Source: Lytechinus pictus
Taxonomy: Eukaryota
Assembly: GCF_037042905.1 (NCBI RefSeq)
Contig: NC_087245.1
Location: 32,552,001-32,616,000, forward strand
Reading direction: 5' to 3'
Length of the DNA: 64,000 bases
The notes beneath the pieces were generated by a model that saw only the letters and a program-made list of their open reading frames with translations, did no database searches and was not told the origin of the DNA. The translations under genes and the position numbers were made by a program. Below, one piece after another: positions 47,682-61,914 of the stretch. Every line of letters starts with the position of its first letter. Position 1 is the stretch's first letter.

Positions 47682-50600
47682 CTGATCTCTCGAAACGCCC
47701 TCTATTTCGCAAATTTGGTTTTTACACAGCCTTCAAATTCTTTCTCATGACGAAGACTGCTTTTAAATTTCCATTATGATTTCCCCGTACACGAAATTAC
47801 CTACTTCATTTGATCATGCTCTCCTCGTGTAGAACAAGGGCGCCCTCCCTTTATGTTATAATTACTTGTAAAGAATAACAAAATCCACAATCAAAGACCC
47901 TAATGGAAGTGAAAGGGTTTGTTTATTCATTACATAAACTTCAATAGAAAGCTAAAAGGCTACAAAGTACAACACTAAAAGTGTCATGCGGTTTTTTTTT
48001 TTAAAGCTTACAACTTATGTTTTTAGAAAACAAAAATCGTAATCGCAAGCATTTAAATGGATTGCATTTTCCTCTCAACATATACATATAGGCACTTTGA
48101 ACACTTTACAGATGTATTTAGAAATTGTATTAAAAAAAGCTTTCCACTCTAAACTTCATAGATGTAAATCCCGATCTAATGTGAAAATTAAACAAGTCTT
48201 TCTTTCGATCTTGATTCTAATAGCAAATATTTTTTTTTTCAACATGTTAATTCTAAAATGATTTAAATCAAAAGATAAAAACCTAAATTCAGCAGGTCAT
48301 TATTCACAGCCCATCGATATTAATTTTTGAATCCATGAAATGTAGAATGTATTGAAATTGAAGTAATTTTAGCGTGAAAATATTTGGAAGACTACGTGTT
48401 CGAGAGAACAAAATGATGCATTATAGGATATCCAAAGGTGACGGAATCGATGAGTTTGGGGCGCTAGATGAAGCTATACTGAAATTTCATGCAAGGGCAG
48501 TAACTCAGTTATTCTTTAAGATTATCCTTAATTATCTAATCTCCATGCTTGATTTCTTTACACCCAACAAGACTACTTAAGTTGTTTGAGACCCCAATAT
48601 TTCTTTTATTCATATTGCAAACTTTTAACCTGTATATTGGATCTTGAAAGATCGCATCACACAAACAACTTGCAATTTAAGATCTAATTTCAACTTTAAA
48701 AAAATAAGTCAAAACTGAATACAGGGTTATAATAGATGAGGTACTATCAAAACGTAGCTTGTGTACAACAAATCCATACACTGTAATAAATGGTGTTAAA
48801 CCTGACACCACTCTGTGTCCCTAGGTGACCACACTATGAGGACTGTGTTAAATACACCCTAGAGTTTGAACATATCACCAAAGAGTAATAAAGTAACAAC
48901 AAAAGGTGCTGTAATAACACCAAAAGGTAATAAACTATAAACTTATTACCGGAGTATGCACACCAGTCAACACCACATTTAAAAAAAAATGTTGCAGCCC
49001 CCCAGAGGCACCTACTGGCGTTTCTATATCTATATCTATGTGATATGTTGATTATTGTATTATATTCTAAGATTTTTTTTCTCATTCTGTATAGTGAATT
49101 TTATTGCCCTGCATTTTCTCATTATAGGGAAGTGTCCTGGGCGTATATTGTATTCTTTGATGTGCAGATTTGCAAATAAAGTGATATATAACAACATATA
49201 TTATGTCGGGACTATTTCAAAAATTTATTTCAGGAAATCATAATACGATAAGCGTTCAAATTTAGTCGTCAATTATTTACCTCCATAAAATCTTCAACTG
49301 CGATCCATCCTCTAAGGCATTTTTTACTTTCCATTTCTGGTTAAGATTCTCGATAACCTTTGCTATTATTATTTTACCTTTTGAATTCGGCATAAGAAGA
49401 TAAATTCGTATGACCATTATCATTCGGAAATGATCTCTATCGCTCTACATAGATCGTTATTTTTTTTTTATCTGAAAAATGTCTTGTAACATCGATTTTA
49501 TTCCATGATGTCATCTTCGCCAATAGGGGGAGTCACATCTCTGGTCGGTCAAGAATCTAGTTTTACTTTTACAGTGTTTCCAGATCCTTAAGAATCCTGA
49601 CCTACTTTCTTATCCATCCATCTCACACAATATGACGTACACGGTCATGCAGACGACTTCCCTGGATGAGCTCTGTATCGATCGCTTGATATCGATACAT
49701 CAATTTTAGGCACAGATTTTTGATTGGCATTACATAGAGCCGCCAGGAATACGATCTTGGCTTGTCACGTCATGTACCAGTCAACGTTCGCCTTCGGACA
49801 CCGTTCTCTTTCCAAGTTTCTATTTTCAAACCCTATGCGATCGGCTGAGCTCACAGTAATCCAAATGTTTCAGCTCGAAGGAGGTCGAATTCATTAATTT
49901 GCCGCATTGACTTTTATTTTTAAATAAAAATTCAGTTTCTTCGTTTAATCGTTCTTTTTAATCTCGATGGAAGACTTGGATTTGAAACTAGATGATCGCG
50001 AATTTATCCACCAGTTCATCATCCTGCAGCTCCGCTTTTCTGTTCAGCATCTATTAGTCCTCAAAGAACTTCGAAAAGCTCAACTTTCATTCAGAATCTC
50101 GCCATCAGACTTTAATGGCAATGTCGTAGCTGAGCGAAATACAAAATAAAGCCAGAGTGAGGATAACAAAAGCGAATGTTTAAAACTTTAAGTCATTTTT
50201 TTAAATGAGAGATCTAACGTATGGGTGACTCACTGCATGGATGGATGGACCATTCAGTATTGAATAGATAGATAACGAGGTGATTTTGCGAATTTTGAAT
50301 CGAACAAAATAAATAAATAAATAACCAAGGACCTTATTCCTAGTTGGTTTGTTGTTAATCGAATCAACGCATCTCAACCCTCACTTCTCACTCGTGCAAG
50401 CTGACCGCCAGTTGAATCTATGACTCAAACCACATGGACACGATGGAGGGAAATTCAGGATCTCCGGATAAAATGGCAATGAAGTGAAAAGGAATATCTG
50501 CGTTAACCAACATCGACTTAATATTGGTAAAAACTATATAATTATATATTTCTTTGGCTATGAAGTTGTTCCATTCTTTCCCTTCTTATGCCAGTCTGTA

Positions 50601-51649
50601 TACCAACCCATCTCCTCTCTGTATCCACTCTCCTTCTTATCCACCCCTCCCCATCAAGTCCCCTCTCTTTATCTCCACCCCCCTCATCATCATCATCTAC
50701 CCACTCTCTCTTGGTTTCTCTTGCTCTCTTCTCTACTTTCGTGTTCATACAAGAATCTATCATTCCTTTGCATACCGGCAGATTCAACATGTTCAAATTC
50801 TACTTTGTATAGACACGGCTTATGCCGTATTTTCTATCCGTATCGAAGTAGAGCGTGCAAATGATAATTATATCGTAACTCGAATTAACCAGCATTAACG
50901 CGACATATATTTCACACTCAGGCATTTTTATTGATGTCTAATTCCTTGCCCCCTCATTTAAAAACCCTATCCACCCTCACTAGTTTTAAAAAGGAACTAA
51001 AATCATATGTCTAGCAAATGTTAAAATGTCAATGGTTCCTGTGTTACAAATATATTTTCATGACTCCGACTTTGCTTGCCTTTCTGTATTCTAATATGTA
51101 TGATTTATATAATGTTTTTACTTTGTATATTTTTATCACTTGTATATACGTGTTTTATTTTTATGTTTTTTTGGCCCCTTTTGATACCAGTTTTTGCTGA
51201 AAGGACACCCTATTGAAATATTGTTTAAATAAAAATGAATAAAAAAAAATAATAAAATTTCTTCTTGAAATAAACCGAAATGAAAAACATTGCATATCAA
51301 ATACATTAGCGAAGTGTAAACGATGTACTACTTGTACTGGAGAAAAAACATGGGAAATGGGCTATTCTCGTGTTGCTGTTTTGAATGAGTAAATATTGGT
51401 TTAATTAGAGAACGTTCTAATTTTCTCTCTTTCTCTCTCTACATATGGCCAGATAATACCTGTGGGACATTGCATTACTTTGATTTAAGTATTTAACTCT
51501 CTTCTCCATAATTCGTTCAGAAATTACTTGGAAGACCATCAACAGACCGGGAAAGGGGGGGGGGGGACCAGTGAATGAGAGCGAGAGGAGAGGGGAGGAA
51601 GGGGGTCTGCAGTGTTTGTATCGGGACATTTTGAACATGCAGGAAAAAC

Positions 51650-51880
51650 GGGTCGTGTGGTCCAGTGGTTAGAGCATTGGACCCAAAATCGCAAGGTTGT
51701 GAATCCCCACTCTGCATTGTCTCCACTTTGATAAAAAGGCCCAAGAGTAATATCTTTCATCTAAAAGGTCAGCCACTATTTAACCTTGACGTAAAATATT
51801 TCTTAGGTAAATGGTTACATACCAACTTGGCGTTATACCAGCAAAACGCTGCAGCGCGCTGTCCTTTCGAGTTCCTACAA
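51650..51880 (+). mobile_element. Degenerate tRNA-derived SINE head
   Basis: gggtcgtgtggtccagtggttagagcattggac...ggttgtgaatcccc (A box and a damaged B box). Confidence 0.6.
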
Positions 51881-51914
51881 GAGTTACCATAAACAGAAAC
51901 AGAATAAGTAAACT

Positions 51915-52140
51915 TGAAATAAACTTAAAATTCAATATCATGTTCAAATTCAAATATAGGTTTAAATTGAAATCGAAATACAAATACGAATTCGAATCGA
52001 AATTGAAATTAGAATTCAAATTTAAATTCAAATTGAAATACAAATCCATATTCAAATTCAAATACAGATTAAATTTGATTTAAATTTCAATTGCAAATTT
52101 CAATTTAAATTTTGATTCAAATTTCATATTGATTTAAATA
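51915..52140. repeat. Degenerate (AAATTY)n hexamer repeat
   Basis: Periodic aaattc/aaattt/aaattg pattern. Confidence 0.8.
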
Positions 52141-52294
52141 CTTATTAATTTCCAACGAAAAGCAATGATAACCGAGATCAGTTGATAAAAAAGAAACAGG
52201 GAGGGGTGGAGCTGAGAGAGGTAGGCTTATATAAATGAGAGGTTACATTTCAAATAGAAAAATACTACATATACACAATAAAAAAAAATATACC

Positions 52295-52481
52295 ACGCTG
52301 TTTAAGCCCGTCACTCTAGCAACAAGTTGTTAAAACTTTTACACAATTGTTTTAAGAAAAATGAAATTCTTTAAACTTTTTTTAACATCTCGTTAAAAAA
52401 GTTAAACAACTTGTTTCAAACTTTAAACAATTGATGTTGGAGTGACGGGCTTAAACAACCCGCTTGAAATTCAAACAGTGT
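52295..52481. mobile_element. Small palindromic MITE
   Basis: tgtttaagcccgtcactc ... gagtgacgggcttaaaca. Confidence 0.7.
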
Positions 52482-52832
52482 AGCTTAAATGGAGATGTTT
52501 TCATAAAAAGGTTGTGTACGTATCATTGCTCACTGGCATATTGTCAAACCAAATTAACCAATGTCTGCCCAATTTGGCATCTATCTGTGATGTTTCAAAT
52601 GAATGAAATCGTGGATTAAAAGTGTAGTATTCGCACGAAGAGGAAAAGCGTGATATTTCCCAAAATGTTTTTCGAACCGTGATTGAAATCGCCTTAATTT
52701 CTTAGTAGGATTTAGGCTAAAATTTTGTCTTCGAAATATGGTATGCCTCTCCCTCGTCAAATTTTGGTGGGTATTGTGTTTCCTTCTCCTTATCAAAATT
52801 ATAATCTATTACGGTTACGAAACAAAAATATT

Positions 52833-53070
52833 TAATAATAATAATAATAATAATTGAATTTACATAGCGCTTTTTCCAGAGGATACAAAGCGCTGTTGAT
52901 TGCATAAGACAAGTTAAGGTTTATGGTTATATAAGTGTGTGTTGAGATGTTTTTTGAAGAGGTCAAGAGAAGAGAGGTTTCGAAGAGATGGAGGGAGTTT
53001 GTTCCAAAGACGGGGGGCAAGAGATTGAAAGGAGTTGAAACCGGCCTGTTTTCTGGATTTGAGGGACTAC
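52833..53070 (-). mobile_element. 3' end of an L2-clade LINE with (ATT)n tail
   Basis: The minus strand reads AGFNSFQSLAPRLWNKLPPSLRNLSSLDLFKKHLNTHL*. Confidence 0.85.
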
Positions 53071-53812
53071 ATATACACTGTTATGTCAAAAAATTTTAAC
53101 TTCGCCATTTCCAAAATTAGATCGGAATTTTCAACATCATATGGATTGGTTCCCAATGATAATCTATAAAATTTAAAGAGCTAAAAGCACAAAGCAGTAA
53201 AAACAATTGTCGGAGGACAAAGTTGCCATAAAATATTATAAGTTCACCCCAAAATAGTATTGAATTATTCAAATTTATAACTAGACATTTTAAAGATTGC
53301 CTGGTAAGAAGTGTGGGTAAATTTGAAGACTCTTCATTTTAAATGTTTGAATTCATTGACAGATAAAATGAAAGAGGATTAAAGAAAACATGTTGAGTGA
53401 TATTTCATGATATCTATAATGTTGGTTTTACAGGAAAGGGTTAAAATAAAAACAAAATCTCGACAAAATTGGGGGGAAAGTCCCCTAAAATGCATATCGT
53501 TTCTACAGAAATGGGACCAAATAAAATGTTCAGGATAAAGTAGCTTACTGATATCATGGATGTGCAATCAAGTAATGAGCTAAGCTAGAAAATAATAAAA
53601 ACAAAATACCGGAAAGGGCGCTAATTCTAATCATCGGAATTTCAAATATGTATAAATAATTCTTTAATAAAAAAAATGTGATAATAGAATGATGGTACAA
53701 TATATTTCACAAGCATCCTTTAAAATCTTTACTTATGATTTAGACTGGTTTGTATTTAAAAAAAGGACAAAAAAGATAGGGCGTTAAGCAATTTAAAAAA
53801 GTGCACCTGGCC

Positions 53813-53905
53813 TAATGATGATGGTGATTATGATGATGATGGTGATTATGATGATGATTATTATCATTATCATTCATTATTATTATTATTATTATTATCA
53901 TTATT
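53813..53905. repeat. (GAT)n/(ATT)n microsatellite
   Basis: Direct inspection. Confidence 0.9.
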
Positions 53906-54003
53906 GGCTGTATCAATTTTATCATAAATGTTAGAGTGTATAAAATCTTACTTAGAAGAAGTGAAACTTGAAAACTAACAGAAAACCCCGAACTTAACTT
54001 TAT

Positions 54004-54569
54004 AGGGCAAGGCCACTCCAACAATAAAAATGTATTGAGTAAAAAGAGAATTTCATCAAAATCGGATGTAATATAAACAAAAGTTATGACATTTTAAAGT
54101 TCCGCTTAATTTCACAAAACAGTTATATGCGCATCCTGCTTGGTATGCAAATGAGGAGACTTATGATATCATCCACTCACTGTTTTTTTGTATTTCATTA
54201 TGAAATATTTACATTTTCTCCTCATTGTCGTGTGAAACGAAGATTTATTTCTCCCTGAACATGTGGAGCTACCATTATTTTAACATGTTTTGCTTAGCCA
54301 AGTTGGCTTTGATCATTCTTGTCGAATCTGTAAAAACTGAAATACTGTATACTTCAAACAATCAAAAACAGCAGAAATAGTGAGTGAGGGACATCATGGA
54401 CTCTCTCATTTGCATATCACTGAGTTGTGCATATAACTGTTTTGTGAAAAAATAAGCGAAACTTTTAAATGTCATTTCTTTCTTATCTTACATCCGATTT
54501 TGACGGAATTTTCAGTGTTATGCTTGTTAAAATTTTCTCTATTGATTAAAATCAACATGGACTTGACCT
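54004..54569. mobile_element. Kolobok-like MITE family B, diverged copy
   Basis: Colinear with 37888-38479 and ends tggacttgaccttaa. Confidence 0.85.
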
Positions 54570-56049
54570 TAAAAAATAGCCATCAAAAGGGCACTTATCA
54601 AAAATTGAAGGGGTACTTCTGCTCTTGTAGAAAGGAGAAGCCACTGTCAAATGGAGTAAGATCTCAACCTGAAAGAACTGCTCCCCACGACAAGGAAATA
54701 ATATGTTTATCGTAATGATGACGTTTGAAAAACATACCACCAGAACAGGAAATGTAAGTTCAGAAAGACGCCCATTGATAAACTGAATTTGACACTGCGA
54801 GATAGAGAGGGAGAGAGAGAGTGACTGAGAGAATATAGGGAGGGGGAAGTATTTGTTTCAAAGAAAGGTGTGGTGAAACCCTTTTTTTTGTTTACAGTAA
54901 ACATGGTAGGGTCCATTTAATTCTTGATAGTTTTTTTTTTTTTTACACATAATTGAATATGATACGTCATCACATCCTCGATGTCATTAGAAAGCAAGCC
55001 AGACTGAATCGACATCAAATCCTTTCTCTAAGGATGCCCTCCCAACCTTACCAAAGCTATTAATTTCCTCCATCCATCGCCCCCGTAGGATAAAAGTAGT
55101 CAAGTGTGAACGACTGCCTGTACTCAAACTTGAATTGTTTTAAAAACCTGACAGGGGGAACGTGACTTGTTGTGGCCCCAGGGCGTGACGTCACCAGCAC
55201 GTCCATAGAGGAAGGTTCCCCATCTTCGGTTACGCCGATGACATTGATGACGTGACGTCATAATAAGATTCGCATCGGTATATTATCGGGACCAGTCTGT
55301 GTATACAGGGGTTGGATGTGATAGCTCTATCAGGAACAGTCACACCAACGAAACCGTTTCCAAACCGATAAACGATATGTAATTGGTAATAACATAAAGG
55401 CTTTTGTCGGTCTGGAGTCGGTTTAGCAGGTGTTACTGTAGCGTGAAACTTTTAACAGAAATGAATGGAAGAATTTGAATAACAACCGAGCCTCAAAATA
55501 GTCCACTTCAAGTTTTGATCGAAGATGTCTGTCGAACGTAAACGAAACGATTTATATTACGTTTAATGTTCCCCTTGATAGTTAATTAATCACTTTTACA
55601 ATCTCATTGACATTTAGAGTAGATATTCAATTTGACGCTTCAAATCATATTTTGTCAGTATACTCATGGTAATCAAATTTGTATAATGATTAATAAGGTA
55701 TACATTCGGGAATAAATAGAAACCTTGCATAACGTGCGGATAACTTGCGATTATATTTAAGTTTAACCACCATGACCACGTTAACCAAGAGGTCGTAAGT
55801 TCAAAACCAATAAGTCAGCGCAAGGTTGTGCCATTTCGAAAGTCGACATGTATAGTCATCATTCCTCAGTCAATCAAAACTAGGAGTTAACTGTTAACTC
55901 CCTAATCAGAGAGGACATTGGGCTTAACCAATATGATACAGTCGAGTTAAGTGGTCTGAATATGCGGCCTAAGGGCCATGCCAATAACTTGTATACACAT
56001 GGAGCTTTGTGTTAATAGCTCCATGCATGGTATACAGAAGGTCCCTTAA

Positions 56050-56612
56050 AGGACAAGTCCAATATTTAAAGGACAAGTCCATCCCCGAAAAATAGTTGAT
56101 ATGAATAATAAGAGAAAAATCCAGCTAGCATAACACTGAAAATTTCATCAAAAACGGATGTAAAATAAGAAAGTTATGACATTTTAAAGTTTCGCTTAAT
56201 TTCACAAAACAGTTATATGCACATCCTGGTCAGTATGCAAATGAGGAGACTGATGACGTCATCCACTCACTATTTCTTTTGTATCTTATTATATGAAATA
56301 TGAAATATTCTAATTTTCTCCTCATTGTCAGGTGAAACAACGATTAGTTCCTCCCTGAAAATGTGGAATTAGCGTTGTTTAATACTATATGGTTGAGTCA
56401 AGTTGGTCCTTGTTGCCAAATCTGTAAAAAACGAAATATTGTATAATTCAAACAATAAAAAAAAAAAAAATAGTGAGCGATGGACACCATCGACTGACTC
56501 ATTTGCATGACACTGAGTTGTGCATACCACTGTTTTGTAAAAAATAAGCAAAACTTTAAACTGCCATAACTTTCTTATTTTATATCCGATTTTGATGAAA
56601 TTTTCAGCGTTA
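56050..56612. mobile_element. Kolobok-like MITE family B with a duplicated left terminus
   Basis: ttaaaggacaagtcca occurs twice in tandem. Right end tagacttgacct|ttaa. Confidence 0.88.
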
Positions 56613-56884
56613 TGCTAGTTTGATTTCTCTCTATTTATTCATATCAACATTTTTCTGGGGTAGACTTGACCTTTAAATCGTAAAAGCAAGTTTTATTTGT
56701 GCTAGTCTTCTGTGAAGACCCATAAAAGCTTCAATCAGGGTCTGTGCCTGCAGACTAATGATACGCAGGCCGAAATCATCTTCAGATCCCAGCCTTATTC
56801 TATACATTAACAGACACTAATTGGAATTTTAACGACCAAGTGTGTGAATTTTGTGAAAAATGTTTTTAAAATGTTAGCTTTCAA

Positions 56885-56987
56885 TCTTTCTTTTTTTCTT
56901 TCTTCATTCATTCATTCATTCATTCATTCATTCATTCATTCATTCATTCATTCATTCATTCATTCATTCATTCATTCATTCATTCAT

Positions 56988-57038
<51 letters not shown>

Positions 57039-57120
57039 TTCATTTATCTATTTATTTATTTATTTATCTATTTAATCTTCTTTAATATTTATTTATACAT
57101 TAATTTGTTGATTTATTTAT
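56885..57120. repeat. Compound (TTCA)n(TTTA)n microsatellite
   Basis: Direct inspection. Confidence 0.95.
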
Positions 57121-58659
57121 CCCTCAAAGACACCGCGTGCTTCGTGTGCTCACAAACATCATATTAAATTAAGCTATTTATTCAAGTCGAAAAGATATCT
57201 TTTCATCAATTATTTTATAAGCTTCTGTACGCCCATCTCATATTATTTTGCCTTACGGTAGTTTATCTGTCGTTTTCAGCTGGGAAGTGATATAATACGA
57301 GTTTGGGGGGTTTATTGTTAGTAAGAATTATCCGGTCCTTCACCGTTTCCGTCCGTATATCAACTATCTCCCATGTATGTCAACACGTCCCACTTATTGT
57401 TCGCATTATTTTACTTATTCTTGGGTTTGAGATTTTTTTAATCTGCTGTTATGCTCCTCCCAATTTCGCCTGTTGAAATGTGATATCATATGACAAATAG
57501 ACCCAAGTACTCCAATGTTCTTATAACGAGCCTTCTCTTTAAAAATTCTTAAAAAGCTTGATATAAGTTTAATGATAATTTATGATGTTGCAGTATGTTT
57601 TATACGAACACGATGACCCCCTTCATCATTATTTTTTAAAGGGCGTTGGTCGTATGTTTGCAAGACGTAAACAACAAAACTTCCCGGATAAATATGATGA
57701 AAAGTTTATAAACTCGATGAAAGATCAGGGGTATTTGAACTTCGATAATGATTTTTTTTATTCAGTCCTCTGCCTTTTTGCCAATAAAGGTTGACGATGA
57801 AATGCTTCTATTAATTATTTTATTATGTATATATAGGCATACTGACACAGCCTCTATGATTAAGCACACCCTACAGAACAATTATTCGAGGGGCCGCTGA
57901 ACGGGGATGGGGGATTCAGCCCCCCCCCCCCTCCCACCACATTTTTCTATAAAATTGTACAAAAACGTAAAATTGACATCTGATTGTGATTTTCAAAAGT
58001 CAGCCCCTTCCCCCGCCTTCAAAATCATTCCACAGCCCCAGTATCCATGAGTGTGTATAAAGACAATTATATATGTGTATTCTGTCCAATAATCGTGACG
58101 TATGAACAGAATATTTATGCACTCCGTGAAAATGCTTTGATTGAACACAGTCGTTATGCAATTTAGAGTATTTTTACGTAGTAACTACGGCCAGTATTCT
58201 GAAGTCTACTTTGGCCATGTTCTAACTCTGTGCTGAAATTATATTGAAAGCCGAAATGTATTTTTTTCGGTTATATTCTCCCCCCCCCCAACTAAATATT
58301 GGTTTAAGCTGTTTTTTTTAGAGTGTAACGCCCGAGACTAGCATTTTATTTGTTTTAATCTGTGCCATCAAGGTCTGTTTGACGTGCGATATAATTAGTA
58401 ACAGAGAACGGGTGCATCTTGTATTATGAGGAGGGATGCACTGAGAGAAATTTCCGCAGAAGATTCTTTCGATTATCATCCCAAAGTCACGTGGGATTGT
58501 TATGCTTGCAGTCGGACAGTCACATCAACGATACCGACCACAAATCGATCGAGTGCATGCCATGCAGAATATCGTAATAGCTTTGATAGGTTTGGAGTCG
58601 ATTCGTTGTAGTGACAGTAGTATAAGCTTTTCTCTTAAGGTAGCCAAGAGGTCATTAAC

Positions 58660-58915
58660 CAAGAAGATTGAGAGGGAAAAGAGAGGGAAAGAGTTAAGGA
58701 AGGGGTAAATAAAGAGGTGTGACATGTATGAAAGAGAGGAATTGACATGGGGGAGAGAGACAGGGAGAGAGGGGGAGGGGTGAGAAAGAGGAAAGAAATT
58801 GACAAAGAGATGAGGAGGGGAGGGGAGGATGAGAGGAAATAGAGAGACAAAGAGATACATAAAGAGTGACAGGGAGAGAGAGAGAGAGATACAGTGAGGG
58901 GGGGGGGAGAGGAGG
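58660..58915. repeat. Polypurine (GA-rich) low-complexity tract
   Basis: Almost only G and A on the plus strand. Confidence 0.85.
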
Positions 58916-59834
58916 CTACATTGGGGCTGCATTATGTAAAGAAAAAAACAACAACAAATATTTGGTATATTATGATCATACTACCTCGATCCACAAGCAA
59001 ATATTTCATTCATGCAAACGACAAGGTAAACGAGACTGAACTTAATTCAGATAAAGATTGAAATACAAGTGCATGTCTTTTTTTTCTATTCTACACGAGT
59101 TAGTCTTTATACATGTATATTGCTTCCCTTTTTTTCTCCGATATCAAACTTGGTTTTGTAGCCATCTGCCTCCCCATGTCCCCTTTCAACCTCTTCCCCC
59201 TTCATTCTTTTCTCCTCATCAATATTACTCATGGATGACCAACATCGAACCACTTTATACTTAAGTTATGATTACTATTTTCTTACTACGAAGGTTCGCG
59301 AAAGGTCAAGGGATGTTGGATCTCCCTCGGAGACCACTTAACCTTCCCCTTCAGCTTCTCTTATCTCAATCTTATCCACCACGACAATCTCAATTTTCGT
59401 TTCTCTTCAATTTCCGATTCATCCACATCACAATGACCGTTAAGATGACGCTATAAAGATAACGTCCATCTTCGCGAAGAAGTTTGGTGAGAGCGGGAAG
59501 GGGGTTTTAGCCCAAGAAGTCCCCAGGAGAAGTCCCAACATACGTTTGTATCATTATCAACCCATAATTTTGTCTTTTCTCTTTGTGGACTTCATGTTAC
59601 TACTCACTTGACTTCCAGCTCTGCTTTTCGATGGATCATGAATCGGTCCGATTGCTTATAAAATATTTCATTTCTTGATTTAAACTTAATTCTCGTTTCA
59701 TATATATTAGTGTATTTTGAATTATTTACTTTGTGTTAAGAACTGGATGTTAATGACATAATTGTTCTTATTGCTATCAATATTATTATCAATATTATCG
59801 TCATTATACATGTACTTATTATCATTATCAATGG

Positions 59835-59920
59835 TAGTAGAGTAGCAGCAGCAGCAACAGCAGCAGTAGAAGTAGTAGTAACAGTAGTAGAAGTAGTAGT
59901 AGCAGCAGCAGCAGTAGTAA
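59835..59920. repeat. (GTA)n/(GCA)n microsatellite
   Basis: Direct inspection. Confidence 0.9.
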
Positions 59921-60080
59921 TAGAGTATCGTTATTCATACAACATTTAAATTAATATGCAACACTTTATTAATAAACAAGATGATTTTTTTATCACTTTG
60001 CATCGTCGTCGATAATGTGCGCTATCGCACCAGGAGGACCTAAACACCTGGTGGAATCACAAAACGTTTTATTAATTATA

Positions 60081-60245
60081 CACTAAAAAAATGAAGTGCT
60101 AATTTAGCACTCACAGTGCTTGTATAGTGACTGCACTACGAGTGCTGATTTTTTTGTTCAAATTTAAACTAGAAAATCAGCACTCGTTGTGCAGTCACTA
60201 AACAAGCACTTTAAGTGCTAAAATAGCACTTCATTTTTTACAGTG
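60081..60245. mobile_element. Palindromic CACT...AGTG MITE with TA flanks
   Basis: ta|cactaaaaaaatgaagtgcta ... tagcacttcattttttacagtg|ta. Confidence 0.85.
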
Positions 60246-60779
60246 TAATATTTTTTAGTCATATGGTTGTACATTGTAACATAGTTTTCATCAATTTTCT
60301 TCTGATATCTGGTCGAAGTTAGCTACGTCCATGTCAAATCAACATGGTCAAAGTCAAGATATATAGTTAAACTTGTAGAATTTATGCACGCTCTCTTCGC
60401 TCGCTTGAAAGTTTCACTAAATAGTTCATCTTATCCCTCCACATCCCCTTCAGGCGATTAATATTCCCTGACATTTTGCAAGAAGTAGGTTAAATTAATC
60501 TAGACTGTATAGAAAATGATACTCTTAAAATGATCACGTTGCCTTTTCTTTAATCACGAAGTCGGACCATTCCTGTGATAACCTAGTTCCTAAGAGTGGA
60601 TATTAATCTGCTTTCCGCTCTCTCAGTTATCACCTTCACTTCAGTTTATAAACTGATCGTTTAGTATGGAGCGCTTGGGTACTTTTAAATTTCTTGTGTC
60701 ACCCCTCCTCCCTATTAAAGGGTGATCACTCTTTAAAGTTCCTGTGTCACGGTCCCTTGGTAAAATGAAGGATTAAGTA

Positions 60780-61060
60780 AGAAATGATTGATCGAGTGTA
60801 TGAATGAATTGGTAAATAATAGATAAATGAATGAATAGTTAGATATATAAATGGATAAATGAATGTATAGTAAATAGATAAATGGATAAATGAATGAATA
60901 TATAAATAGATAAATAAATAAATGAATAGATGAATAAATAAATAAATGAATGATTGAAATAATAAATGAATAAACGAAGGAATAAAAAAAATGAATGAAT
61001 GAATAAATAAATAAATAGATGAGTAAATAAATACATGAATAGACGAATAAATGAATAATG
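60780..61060. repeat. Degenerate (AATG/AATA)n tetranucleotide repeat
   Basis: Direct inspection. Confidence 0.85.
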
Positions 61061-61914
61061 TATAATTTAATTAACGTGGGAGATCAAAATTAGTGGGTTA
61101 AACGAAATATTGAAAGATTATTCCGGTACCCCCCGACATTAAAGACCATCGATCTTTATACTGAACAAAATCGACCTTGATGCCGGCCAACTCTTTATAG
61201 TTTCACCTTTTCTCTTTTTTTCATCAGTGTTTCTCAATCCGTCTTTCGCGACTCGTAAAAAGATCATTCTATCAATCCATTGTGCCTCTGAATATGAAGT
61301 ATATATATTATTTTCAATAAATAAAATAAGTTTGAAAGAAATATGAAAACAGAGCGAATCCACGTGATTCCGGATACTCTCAGCATCGGGATTGATTGAG
61401 ATGAAATTCGCATCCTTCCTCACACTGTATGTCAAGGTAATATTGTTTGCTCCAATCTGGGGAGGAGAGGAGGGGGGGGGGGGGGGTAACGGTGGGGTCA
61501 TTGGTAATTTCAGGATAGACAGGGGTAAATCAACAGGACATTGTCAGAAAAGGAGGGAATAGTCCCGATGTATATATTTATTTGAAAAGGAGGCCTTTGT
61601 ATGAATGCCAGACGAAATGTTTTAGCATGATAAAAGTGACAATTTCCATTACAAGGTTACATCAATTTTTTTGTGAATGATTGTTCAATAGTTCTGTTCA
61701 GTCATCACTGCTGTATGAGGCGCCGAATGTACCAATATTATATAGAACAATTATTTGTTATATAATCATTATTTATTAAATAATAACTATTATTTATATA
61801 TAATTTACATTTTATTTGTAAATAACTACTATTATATAAAATATCATTTCTAATTATTTATATATAATTCCAAGTAATACTTCATTATTTGTAAATAATA
61901 ATAGTTCGACATTC

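Noticed and set aside
49780..50160. Possible exon or 5' UTR of another gene
   Set aside because: It looks unique, but there is no sustained ORF, recognisable motif or convincing splice pair.
56735..56790. Second hammerhead-like string ctaatga...ggccgaaa
   Set aside because: The core is mutated and I could not build convincing stems II and III.
50484..59456. Numerous 60-135 aa ORFs
   Set aside because: They derive from CT/GA-rich tracts, microsatellites and MITEs.
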